This document shows, in pieces, positions 15,546 through 24,531 of a stretch of DNA of 32,000 bases. Within the stretch, counting starts at the first letter, position 1. Every line of letters begins with the position of its first letter. Both the position numbers and the translations under genes were made by a program. Origin of the DNA: Thermofilum adornatum (GTDB lineage: Archaea; Thermoproteota; Thermoprotei; Thermofilales; Thermofilaceae); contig NC_022093.1 of assembly GCF_000446015.1 (NCBI RefSeq), positions 690,001-722,000 on the forward strand. The letters run 5' to 3'. The notes under the pieces were generated by a model. The model did not search any database. It saw nothing but the letters and a program-made list of their open reading frames with translations, and was not told where the DNA came from.

Positions 15546-16284
15546 GGTAGCCGTGAAGTGGTATTTTAGGGGCTTGTTTTTGCCGAGTGTTCTTGTTCCA
15601 ATGTTCCTATTGATGCTGTTGTTCTATGGCCTCCTTTATGGGTACTCGTTGGGGCTTGGGGACTCAGGGGAAAAATTTAGGGTTGTGTATTTAGTTGTTG
15701 TCCTTGCCTCGGTGTTTCTTAACCCTCTTTTTCTTGCGTCGGAAGTGGCGCACGTAGCTAGAACCCGGGATATGACGGTGTTCGAAGTGTCTATGCTTGG
15801 TTGTTGGGTCTGCGTCGCCATGGCTAGGCTGGCGGCTCTGTTGGTCTACTTGGCGCCGTACATGTTGTTCCAGGTTGTTGCTTTGTGGTTCTTTGTTCGA
15901 GGTGTGGGGGATGTGGGCCTGGAGGTTGGGCTTCTTCTTGGGCTGTCTCTGCTTTTTTATGGAGGGATAGCTGTTGTCTTGTCGCTTGGAGGTAGCAGGG
16001 TTGTGGCCGTGGTGGGTTCCTCAATGTTGACGTTTTTGTTGCCTACATCTGTCCTGATACTTGTAGGGTCGCTGACGATATATAGGGTGTCTAGCCTAGA
16101 TGTGTTTACATCTGCTGTTCTCTACTTGTTTAACGCACCTTTGAGCTATGTTGCCTCTTATCTGTATGGATTCAGGATGGCGCTTTCTTGGACGCAGGGG
16201 GCGCTTCTACTTGTCCTCGTAGATGTTTTAGTTTTTGCCATGTATGTTTATGCGTTTTCGAGGAAGCAGGAACTGAAAATATAG
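15529..16284 (+). CDS. Polytopic membrane protein (ABC-2 permease-like partner)
   Basis: 251 aa with about 6 hydrophobic spans. It overlaps the upstream ATPase-like gene by 17 nt. Confidence 0.6.
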   Translation: MLGGLRVAVKWYFRGLFLPSVLVPMFLLMLLFYGLLYGYSLGLGDSGEKFRVVYLVVVLASVFLNPLFLASEVAHVARTRDMTVFEVSMLGCWVCVAMARLAALLVYLAPYMLFQVVALWFFVRGVGDVGLEVGLLLGLSLLFYGGIAVVLSLGGSRVVAVVGSSMLTFLLPTSVLILVGSLTIYRVSSLDVFTSAVLYLFNAPLSYVASYLYGFRMALSWTQGALLLVLVDVLVFAMYVYAFSRKQELKI

Positions 16285-16706
16285 GAGCATTTCTAATTTG
16301 TTGATCTTTTGATCTTTGATCTCTGTTGCCTGTTAAATGTATTGGACAATTTTACCCTATCGAAATTATTCGGCTTAATAGTACTGCATATACTGGTTGT
16401 TTTGTCAGTGTATTTTACCTATGTAGACCGTGTTTTAGGGGTTCTGTGTATTATTTCTCTATGAAGTGCCCAAATATGGGTACTTTTAATTCATGAAACG
16501 TTACGTTTAGGGGTATCTATGAGCGCGCGATCATCGTTGCTAGAGGAAGGGGTAAACACAAGTGACAAACTCTTAGGATAAGAGGATCTCTTTATTTTAT
16601 TATACTGGCAGCCGGATTAAACAATGGTGTCATCTAATGGAATGCGAGGTGCGTAGATGTAATTTTCAGAAGAAGCTCAAGCGATTTACGGGGAAGTAGC
16701 TGGTTT

Positions 16707-17440
16707 GTGGTCCTAGTTGTCTTTGTGGGGACTTTTATTCCGCCGATAGCTACGAGGTCTTTTGACCCGTCCCAGACGGGAGAGGTGGTGCTGTATGTTC
16801 TTAGTCATTCACTTGTCCATTCCCTCGCGCCGTTTTACCCCTTGTTCAACATTGTGGCCCTGGTTCTCCTTGTGTCCCTGTGCGTATGGGGGAACAGGGT
16901 TGCCAGGGTCTTTGCATTGTATGCAGGATTAAATTATATCCTGTTTGCCTTTTTGCAGAGCGTGGCTATAACGGATAGGTATTGTGTAGAAATCGTTACG
17001 GGCAACGTCATCATTATGTTGCTGGTAGCCTTTACGTGGCTGTGGGAGGCTGTTGTCATGAAGGGCGACTACTATTTGCGTGGTGCGAGGAGGACAAGGC
17101 TCTGGGTGGTTCCGCTGGCCGTGCTTGCCTTCTGGTACCCCCTGAACCCGAGAACTCCCATGCCCGACTTCAACCCCCTCTATCTCGTTGCGGGACCTGG
17201 GGGCTGGCATTCTGCCTGATGACTCCGCTGTACCTCAGCATTCTTATACTCATGCATCCCAGGGTAAACATTGCGACTATGAGGGTTACAGGGCTGGTCG
17301 GAGCGCTAATCGGCTTCTGGAACGTGGTGGTGAACTTTCTAATGTGCCCAGCTATCCTCTGGTGGAACGGTATCCTCCACATACCCCTAGTGGTAACCTC
17401 CGGCTATGCACTCATACTCTCCTACGCCATGTACCCCTAA
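16707..17440 (+). pseudogene. Membrane protein gene split by a frameshift
   Basis: Frame A (16707..17219) ends ...NPLYLVAGPGGWHSA*. Frame B continues hydrophobic as GTWGLAFCLMTPLYLSILILMHPRVN... to 17440. One extra G in the G5 run at 17199-17203 would join them as ...VAGPGGLAFCLMTPLYL... Confidence 0.55.
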
Positions 17441-17755
17441 AGCTTAAGAATCATTTAGAAAGGGGGAACGTTCTTATAGAATTAGTCCTATGTATGGCTA
17501 TGTGTTTGATAAATGGTAATGCATGCGGTTCAGAGGTTGAGCCTTCGCGGAGTGATAGTCCTATTGTTTATGTTTTCTGACTCTGCTATGAAGGCAACTT
17601 TCCAAAGAAAAACATCAGTGATATATAAGTGATATATATATGAGAATTATTATATTATAGGATTGTGAAAACAACATGATAGCAATAGTGCTTGAGAAAG
17701 GCTCCATAGCGACGCCGAACCGCGATGTTGACATGCGCGCTGATATCAAGGTATC

Positions 17756-18673
17756 GTGGGGTGGTGGAGCGTGCAAGACGTGGTGATAGTTGATCGTGTT
17801 ACTAAGGTTTATCCTAATGGTGTGGAGGCTAATGTGGATGTTTCTTTGAGGATCTGCAGCGGGGAGATTGCTTGTGTTTTGGGTCCTAATGGTGCCGGGA
17901 AGACGACGCTTATCAGGCAGGTTATGGGGATTTTGAGGCCTACGAGGGGTAGTGTGAGGGTTTTTGGGTTGGATCCTGTGGTTCATCAGGGTGTTGTTAA
18001 GAGGAGGATTGCCTATGTTCCGCAGCTTCCTGTTTACTATCCGCACGAGACTGTTGTTGGGATTAGCGAGTTTTTTGCTAAACTGTATGGTGTTCCTCTT
18101 GGCCGCGTTAAAGAGGTCTTAGAGGCCCTCGATCTGTGGGGTATTAGGGATAGGAAGGGGGAGGGGCTTTCGCCGGGAGAGAGGAAGCTGTTACTGCTCG
18201 CGCTTGCCCTTATTAAGGGAGGCGACCTCTATGTGCTGGACGAGCCTACGGCTTTTATGGATGTCCTGAAGAAGAGGACGTCGTGGGAAATGTTGCTTGG
18301 GGAGAGGAGGGAGGGTAAAACCATGATTGTTGTTAGCCATGATGTCGAGGAGGTTAGGAGGATTTGTGACAGGATCTACATCATGTTTGGCGGCCGGCTG
18401 GTTGCAAGTATAGCGTCGCCGTCGGAGCTCAGCAGGGGGGTCGAGGTAAGGGTGTATTATGGGAGGCCGGGGGATATAGCTGATTTCTTTAGGAGGGGGG
18501 AGGTAAAGGTTTCGGAGGAGTCGCTGGTGGCGAGGTATGCCCAGCTGGCTGACGCTGTTGGGGATTTGCAGGAGTTTGCTTTGAGCCCTGTAAGTAGGGA
18601 GGCGAGGGTTTTTCTCGAGTACCCCTCTACGGAGTCTATTGTCGAGTTTCTAGGTGGTGGGAGGGGGCGTTGA
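17756..18673 (+). CDS. ABC transporter ATP-binding protein with C-terminal extension
   Basis: Walker A GPNGAGKTT, signature LSPGERKLL, Walker B LYVLDEPTAFMD and H-loop VSHDVEE, plus an extra C-terminal region of about 90 aa. Confidence 0.9.
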   Translation: MGWWSVQDVVIVDRVTKVYPNGVEANVDVSLRICSGEIACVLGPNGAGKTTLIRQVMGILRPTRGSVRVFGLDPVVHQGVVKRRIAYVPQLPVYYPHETVVGISEFFAKLYGVPLGRVKEVLEALDLWGIRDRKGEGLSPGERKLLLLALALIKGGDLYVLDEPTAFMDVLKKRTSWEMLLGERREGKTMIVVSHDVEEVRRICDRIYIMFGGRLVASIASPSELSRGVEVRVYYGRPGDIADFFRRGEVKVSEESLVARYAQLADAVGDLQEFALSPVSREARVFLEYPSTESIVEFLGGGRGR

Positions 18674-19422
18674 TGAGGCTTCGAGCACTTTTTCTTATGA
18701 TGGGCTTCTTTTTGAGGACCTACATGGAGAACTGGCTATACTTTTTAATGCTGTATTTGGTACCGCTGACTTACCTAGTTGTGGTTTTCGTGATGGCCCA
18801 GGGGAGTCTCGAGGCCCTGGCTACGGGTTTAACTGGCTTCGTTGTGATGGTTGGTTATCAGTATTTGCTCCAAACGTCGGCATCCTTCATTTCGAACATG
18901 TTTGAGCCGCAGGTGTTTGAGACTTACTACTTGATGCCCCTGTCTTTCCCGGAGATACTTGCGTCCTTCATTGCTGTGACAGTGTTCTTGATAAGTATGC
19001 CCCCGGTGGCGCTGTGCTCACTGGTATTGGCGTGGACTGTGGGCATCGTGGATGTTCCCGTATATCTGGCAGGGATAGTCTTGATGTATGCGTTCTTTGT
19101 GCCGCTGGCTGTTCTATTAGCTGTGACCGTGAAGAGGGCGATGACGCTGGGCTCTATCCTATCGTTTTCAGCGTTTGTGTTGATTATAGCGTCGCCGGTG
19201 TTCTACAGGCTTCTTTACGTCTCGGAGCCTTACAGGGCGCTGTTGCTTCTTAACCCGCTTACGCATATTGTGGTGGTTTTGAGGAGTGGCTCTGGGCTTC
19301 AGGAAGGCTTTCCAGCTGTGTCCTCTATTGCTCTTCTCACATTGATGTCTTCGGCTCTCTGGGTTCTCCTCTGGTACAAGCTTCGAGGGGGCGTATTCAC
19401 GATTATTGAGAGGAGGAGCTAA
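18670..19422 (+). CDS. ABC-2-type permease
   Basis: 250 aa and polytopic. Its start overlaps the ATPase stop (ATGA coupling). The C-terminal LNPLTHIVVVLRSG resembles the ABC-2 signature region. Confidence 0.8.
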   Translation: MMRLRALFLMMGFFLRTYMENWLYFLMLYLVPLTYLVVVFVMAQGSLEALATGLTGFVVMVGYQYLLQTSASFISNMFEPQVFETYYLMPLSFPEILASFIAVTVFLISMPPVALCSLVLAWTVGIVDVPVYLAGIVLMYAFFVPLAVLLAVTVKRAMTLGSILSFSAFVLIIASPVFYRLLYVSEPYRALLLLNPLTHIVVVLRSGSGLQEGFPAVSSIALLTLMSSALWVLLWYKLRGGVFTIIERRS

Positions 19423-19687
19423 ATCTGTTTCCCCGTTGTTGTAATGGGTCCCAGTTTGATGGATGAGTATTTTGAATGGGACTGTTCCCTGCTTGTGGTG
19501 GCTGATAAATGTGACTGAAGTTTCTGTTGTGAGTGGCTCAGTTTTTAGGCTCTAAATCACTTTTCATCCGGCTAGGAGTCATCACTGCCTATATACCCAT
19601 CAAACGTTGTAGAGAACACCAAATAAAGATTACGTGTGATTCAACCATGAGCGGGGGTCTTGTCTAAGTGGTTACGGGCTAGGCGCT

Positions 19688-19697
19688 AGCGCGCGCT
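19688..19697. repeat. AGCGCGCGCT palindrome, copy 3
   Basis: aggcgcTAGCGCGCGCTcatt, in the 450-bp convergent spacer. Confidence 0.7.
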
Positions 19698-19854
19698 CAT
19701 TCTTGCCCTGGCTCTGGCGCAGTCCTTAACCATATACGCTTTACCCTGGCACTACATACGTAACTTGGTCCTAAGCGATGACGCCCAGCCAGATTCGCCA
19801 AGTAGACCATTATACCAGCAATTTTTACCCCCCTCGTTTGGCAAAGAATTTCTA

Positions 19855-19868
19855 TTTTTTATTTTTTA
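19855..19868 (+). terminator. Double oligo-T tract on the + strand
   Basis: tctaTTTTTTaTTTTTTaag. It is T-rich only on the + strand, although the adjacent gene is on the - strand. Confidence 0.3.
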
Positions 19869-19872
19869 AGGG

Positions 19873-20511
19873 CTAGTCCCACCAGAGCATGATGTACGCT
19901 TTTCCCTTTGCTACTAGCGATTCGTACTCTTCGCATGTGAGTCTCACTTCTTTTTCCAATGTCAATATGTCGTCCCAGACCACGGGAAGCTCGTCGCATC
20001 CATATTCAACCTTGTCGAGTATTTCCTCCTCGTATTCATATTCTTCCTCGTTCCCCGCGTTCTCTGCCATTGTAGGCCATGAGAACATTTTTCCGATGAA
20101 CGGGGGCTGGACAAACATCTTCTTCCCCTCTCTTTCCACCTCGACAACGGGGAGAATCTCGTCAGGTTGTAAGAGTTGTTTTTCGAGTTTTTTGACGAGG
20201 GGTCTCACGAGCTCCTTTGCCCTGTCGATCGGGATGAGCACAGCCTCTACAATCACACATTCATCCATTAATACATTAACGAGGAAGAGGGTGCTTGGCT
20301 CCCTTTTGGCTAGCTCGACGAAGTCCTTGATGGGTGGGATGTCGTTGACCATCTCCTCCAGCTCTTCTTTTGGGATAAGCCTTGCCACCTCTACCAGCTG
20401 TTGGGCGGTTATCACGCCCTTGTAGGTCGCCCCGTTCCCACTCACATCCACGAGCTGGCTCCTAAGCGTCTCTAACACTTTCTCCGTGAAGTGCACAGAT
20501 TGGGAAGACAC
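19873..20511 (-). CDS. Hypothetical acidic protein (orphan)
   Basis: 212 aa with a GTG start. It is Glu/Asp-rich (NEEEYEYEEEILDKVEYGCDELPVVWDD). No family recognised. Confidence 0.55.
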   Translation of the reverse strand: MSSQSVHFTEKVLETLRSQLVDVSGNGATYKGVITAQQLVEVARLIPKEELEEMVNDIPPIKDFVELAKREPSTLFLVNVLMDECVIVEAVLIPIDRAKELVRPLVKKLEKQLLQPDEILPVVEVEREGKKMFVQPPFIGKMFSWPTMAENAGNEEEYEYEEEILDKVEYGCDELPVVWDDILTLEKEVRLTCEEYESLVAKGKAYIMLWWD

Positions 20512-20955
20512 CTACGTAGTCATCTCCACTCATAAAATTGCACTGCACCTCGGTTAAAATTTTTCTGTAAGAGAAGTGCGAAAATATTTTCCCACGACTT
20601 AGATTGTGAATGTGACGACGTAGAACAGTTTTCTAAGTGTGTCAATCCTCTTCTTTACCTGCTTGTGGTTCTCAGTAAAGTTCACGTGGAATACGATTTC
20701 GTCCCGTAGCCCCTTATTGTCAGGCTGTCCATGTATTTCGACACGTGGCTGTAGTCTATTACAACATTGAATCCCATGCTCTAGAAAAATAACGTCAAGA
20801 CGGCTGTGGTCTTTGTTCTCGACCGTGCTGAATAGCCGGCGTGGCTACAGTTACGTATCCTCTTGATTTCGTTTCGGTTATCCGTGTTGTTGGCGTATGG
20901 GAAGGTATACGCTTTCGTAAATGTTAAAAATGCTTGTGGTTAATTGTTTTTTGGT

Positions 20956-21534
20956 ATGCCTATTCCGTCGCCGGAGGAGCTTCGGCTGTTGAGGATTCGT
21001 GCTGGTCTTACCCAGGCGGAGCTGGCTGAGAGGGCTGGTGTGAGTCAGAGCTTGATTGCTAGGATTGAGTCTGGGAAGGTTAATCCTAGGGTGTCGACTC
21101 TTGTTAGGATTTATCAGGCGCTTGAGGAGTTTATGGAGGAGGAGTTGACGGCGTGTGAGGTTATGAGTAGTCCTGTTGTGTATGTTTTGCCTTCTGCGTC
21201 TCTGTTGGAGGTTGCCAGGCTTATGTGGGAGAAGGGGTTTAGCCAGTTGCCTGTGCTGGACGAGGAGGGGTCCGAGAACTTGGGGACGGTTTTTGATGGT
21301 GATGTTTTGAGGGCGTTTATTCGTGAGAATGCCCGGGCGTCTATGCTTACCGCTGCGGACGTGATGTCGGACCCGTTGCCGATTGTGTCTTGCTCTACGA
21401 AGGTTAGGAGTGTTGCGAGGATGCTTGGTAGGGGCTTGCCGGCTGTGCTGGTGGAGGACGAGATGAAGATTGTGGGGATTATTACTAAGAGTGACATTGC
21501 GAAGCTTCTCTTGCATTCGAAGCCGCAGCAGTAG
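20956..21534 (+). CDS. XRE-type HTH plus CBS-pair domain regulator
   Basis: LRIRAGLTQAELAERAGVSQSLIARIESGKVNP is an XRE HTH, followed by two CBS-like repeats (VMSSPVVYV..., VMSDPLPIV...GIITKSDI). ATG 20956 is preferred over the track's TTG 20944. Confidence 0.85.
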   Translation: MPIPSPEELRLLRIRAGLTQAELAERAGVSQSLIARIESGKVNPRVSTLVRIYQALEEFMEEELTACEVMSSPVVYVLPSASLLEVARLMWEKGFSQLPVLDEEGSENLGTVFDGDVLRAFIRENARASMLTAADVMSDPLPIVSCSTKVRSVARMLGRGLPAVLVEDEMKIVGIITKSDIAKLLLHSKPQQ

Positions 21535-21539
21535 CTGTT

Positions 21540-21549
21540 AGCGCGCGCT
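21540..21549. repeat. AGCGCGCGCT palindrome, copy 4
   Basis: gctgtTAGCGCGCGCTgatt, starting 6 nt after the stop of the HTH-CBS gene. Confidence 0.7.
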
Positions 21550-21935
21550 GATTCTGAATAGTGGATCGAGATACTATACTATGAAGGTCGATAACAAGCT
21601 TCGGGACCCAGAAACATAGTTATAGTATTAGGGAGCTTGAGGAGAACGTGGAGTTAGCGGAGAGGGAGACTATGCATCTAGCGTGCGCCTACGTGAGTCC
21701 ATGTGAGGACCATAAAAGGTGGAATGGTTTTCCTGGTAAGCTATGAATGCCATGCAAGAATTGCAATAAATTGCAAGAAAAAAGCCCTCAAACAGATAGA
21801 ATGTGGTAACTATGACCTGCATCATAATAATAATCTTTGGAATAACTATTTGCTTGGACTAAATAAAAAACATTAATTGTGGCTAAAAAAATAAAAATAC
21901 CTTTTTGTCTTTCGTTGGTATTAGGTGAGGAATAG

Positions 21936-22721
21936 GTGATGAATATGATTAACGGTGAGATGGCCGGGGATGCTTGGGGATCTAAAGATACAGGTGTGCC
22001 TAGGGGCTTTTCTGTGGAGGTTGTTTGTACGGTTAACCAAGACACGTGTGAATCTTTGAAGAGAGATTTTTCTGAGTTGTTTCAGAGACTTTGTAACCGT
22101 GGGTTGTGCTTGAAAAAAGTAATTTTATTTGTGAAGAAACCTAGTGATCAAACAATGCTTCAGTTACATGCTTTTGATTTTGCTACAATCGATGCTTTTG
22201 GGGTATTCTTAGTAGATAGGGAGAAGCCGTTCGAACTCGTCTCGACTCTTAGTGCCATCTTATCATCATATCTTTATTCATCGGGGATTCTTCAGGGCTG
22301 TCCCCGCTGGGTGATTGAGGGTTTCTCGCTGTACTACGCGTTGAAGGCCTATGCTGAGGTGGATGCTGAATCTGCACTTACAGTTGAGAAACGTTTCATG
22401 GAGGAGTCTAAGAAGTCTGGCGTGGATGTTGATGCATTGGGGTCGTGGAGATACAAGGAGCACCCAGTTCTGAAAGCTCTATCAAAATCAAACATTCTTC
22501 AAGAGAAAGCTTACAGAGTCTTTCAGGTATTTTACTCGACTGAGTCTGAGAGGGATGACGGTTCAGTCGCTAGTTTTAGGGCTGTATCGTACATGGTGGT
22601 TAGGAAGGCGTTGGAGTCGTTGGGGTCCAGCGTTGGGGCTGGAGAGGCGTTAAAGCTTCTAGCGTCTTTTGGTGATGGGTGTTCTGCGAAGGTTTTAGAG
22701 CTGAGTGGGTCTGGGGTTTAG
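21936..22721 (+). CDS. Hypothetical protein, first gene of an ABC-2 operon
   Basis: 261 aa with GGTGAGG 6 nt upstream of GTG/ATG starts at 21936/21939. It overlaps the downstream ATPase by 17 nt. PRWVIEGFSLYYA faintly recalls MA-clan peptidase-like domains, but no HExxH is present, so no family is claimed. Confidence 0.55.
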   Translation: MMNMINGEMAGDAWGSKDTGVPRGFSVEVVCTVNQDTCESLKRDFSELFQRLCNRGLCLKKVILFVKKPSDQTMLQLHAFDFATIDAFGVFLVDREKPFELVSTLSAILSSYLYSSGILQGCPRWVIEGFSLYYALKAYAEVDAESALTVEKRFMEESKKSGVDVDALGSWRYKEHPVLKALSKSNILQEKAYRVFQVFYSTESERDDGSVASFRAVSYMVVRKALESLGSSVGAGEALKLLASFGDGCSAKVLELSGSGV

Positions 22722-23757
22722 GGTGCGGGGCTTGGATAAGGGAGTGACATTTAGGGATGTGTATAAATACGTGGTGCACGGCGCCACCTTTGAAACTGAT
22801 GAGAAAGGTGCATACGTTCTCTTGGGCCCCAATGGAAGCGGAAAAACAACTATTTTGAGGCTTGCCGCTGGTGTCTTGAAGCCTGAGAAGGGAATAGTAC
22901 TTGTAGGCGGGAGGGATCCTTACAGGGATCACTTTGCTAAGGGCAGAATAACGTATGTGTCCAATACTGTGTTGGCAGACACATTTGAGACATGTGGGAG
23001 CTACTTGAGTTTTTATCTTCAGACAACGCCGAGGGACATGAAGGGGGATTTGAAAGAGGCAGTTTCGTACTTTGGGGTTGAGGGGATGCTAGGGCAACCA
23101 GTGTTTAAACTGAGTGCAGGTCAGAGGAAGAGGCTTGAGTTGTCAAAGTTGCTCCTGAGGAAAGCCACATATATATTTGTTGACGAGCCTACGGCTAACC
23201 TAGACAGTGATGGGAGGCGAAAAGCCATAGAACTCATTAAGAGGCTTTCTGGAAGCTCGCTTGTTCTATTGGCTACCCACGAGCTTGACACGGTGGATGA
23301 GTTGGAGGCAGATGTAATAGTTGTGAAGGACGGGGTCGTTGAGAACATTTACAGCTATGAACAGTATGTAAAGTTATCGGACAAGTTGCAAGGAGGCTAC
23401 CTGTTAGTCGCTAAGGTTTCCTGGAAGCCAAAGGCCGGGAATCCAAGGGATTTCCTGAAGAAGTACGGCTCCAAGGTGGAGATCCGAAGGTTGGAGGTCG
23501 ACGCAACGGCATTGCTTCGGAGCATGGGGATAGACTTGGGCGACTTCGGGGAAAACCCTAGCGTATCTGTGGTCTGGATGGATGTTGATTCTTCGGAGAT
23601 GCCTGCTGGAACCGTTTTTAAGGCTCCCGAGGGCCTCATGGTACCCTTGAACCTGGAGCTAGTTGCTGTTGACAGGGCTACTGTTTCTAAGCTCATAGAG
23701 GACTTGATGGATAAGGGCGAGGTTGAGGACTTGAGGATTACTAGGGTCGCTGGGTGA
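22705..23757 (+). CDS. ABC transporter ATP-binding protein with long C-terminal domain
   Basis: Walker A GPNGSGKTT, signature LSAGQRKRL, Walker B IFVDEPTANLD and H-loop ATHELD, plus about 130 extra C-terminal residues. Confidence 0.9.
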   Translation: MGLGFRVRGLDKGVTFRDVYKYVVHGATFETDEKGAYVLLGPNGSGKTTILRLAAGVLKPEKGIVLVGGRDPYRDHFAKGRITYVSNTVLADTFETCGSYLSFYLQTTPRDMKGDLKEAVSYFGVEGMLGQPVFKLSAGQRKRLELSKLLLRKATYIFVDEPTANLDSDGRRKAIELIKRLSGSSLVLLATHELDTVDELEADVIVVKDGVVENIYSYEQYVKLSDKLQGGYLLVAKVSWKPKAGNPRDFLKKYGSKVEIRRLEVDATALLRSMGIDLGDFGENPSVSVVWMDVDSSEMPAGTVFKAPEGLMVPLNLELVAVDRATVSKLIEDLMDKGEVEDLRITRVAG

Positions 23758-23763
23758 AGTGGG

Positions 23764-24516
23764 ATGGGGTTGCGTGACTACCTTGAGGTATCGTGGGTGT
23801 TGGTGTCCTACGAGTTTAGGGGGCTCTTCAAGAGGAGGGTGGAGTTTTTGTTGTCGCCTATGCTTTCATGGGCTATAGCCATGTTGATTACCCCTCTTGG
23901 GCTCAAACTTTATGGGTCTTCTATAGGGTTGGAGAAGGTCGTTGTTACGGGCATGATTATTCAGGGAACAATAAGTGGGGCAGCGATAGCTCCATTCTAC
24001 TTTTTGGTTGAAATAAGCTTGGAGTCTGTCGATAAATTGATGCAGGTTCCCTTGCCGAGGTGGGTCGTTCTTCTGTATAGGCTTCTCGTGTCGGCCACAG
24101 CTGGGCTGTTTGTCTCTTTGTTTGTCTGGTTACTTGCGCTCCCATACTTGGGCTTTTCTCTGGCATCCTTACTATCGGTTGTCATTGCATCGTATGTGGC
24201 CTCGCTTGGCATTTTTGGGCTGGTGTCTCTGGTCGGCTACAAAGTGAAGAATATTCAGAGGCTCTCGATTGTTGCAACGCTTTCAAGCGCGGTTCTATCG
24301 TATCTGAGCCCCCTATATTTTCCTCTAGAGGTTTTGCCTGGGCACTTAAGGGTTGCAGTTATGCTTAACCCTCCTTCTCTGGCTGTAGAGCTTGTGAGGA
24401 GGGCTATTATATCGGGTGTACTTGATGCTGGCACTTTTGCCTTGATGCTTTTGGTTAACTTGGTGTGGTTCCTAGCGGGCTTTGATGCGGTGGTGAATAA
24501 GCTGGATAATAGATAG
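23764..24516 (+). CDS. ABC-2-type permease
   Basis: 250 aa with six hydrophobic spans and the C-terminal LYFPLEVLPGHLRVAVMLNPPSLAVELVRRAI motif region. Confidence 0.8.
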   Translation: MGLRDYLEVSWVLVSYEFRGLFKRRVEFLLSPMLSWAIAMLITPLGLKLYGSSIGLEKVVVTGMIIQGTISGAAIAPFYFLVEISLESVDKLMQVPLPRWVVLLYRLLVSATAGLFVSLFVWLLALPYLGFSLASLLSVVIASYVASLGIFGLVSLVGYKVKNIQRLSIVATLSSAVLSYLSPLYFPLEVLPGHLRVAVMLNPPSLAVELVRRAIISGVLDAGTFALMLLVNLVWFLAGFDAVVNKLDNR

Positions 24517-24531
24517 CCCTTGTACAGCTTG

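Noticed and set aside
19455-19535. Possible C/D-box sRNA (GATGGATGA ... CTGA ... ATGTGACTGA).
   Set aside because: The box sequences deviate from RUGAUGA/CUGA, and the spacing does not give the C-12nt-D' / C'-12nt-D layout of archaeal C/D sRNAs.
19649-19720. tRNA-like start AGCGGGGGTCTTGTCTAAGTGGTTACGGG suggesting a tRNA or split tRNA.
   Set aside because: An acceptor and a G-U-rich D arm can be drawn, but I found no anticodon stem, no T arm (GTTCRAATC) and no matching 3' acceptor strand.
20590-20835. Stop-free - strand frame (...LFSTVENKDHSRLDVIFLEHGIQCCNRLQPRVEIHGQPDNKGLRDEIVFHVNFTENHKQVKKRIDTLRKLFYVVTFTI*).
   Set aside because: No usable start codon gives more than about 25 codons, and no family is recognised. 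It may be gene debris but cannot be supported as a feature.
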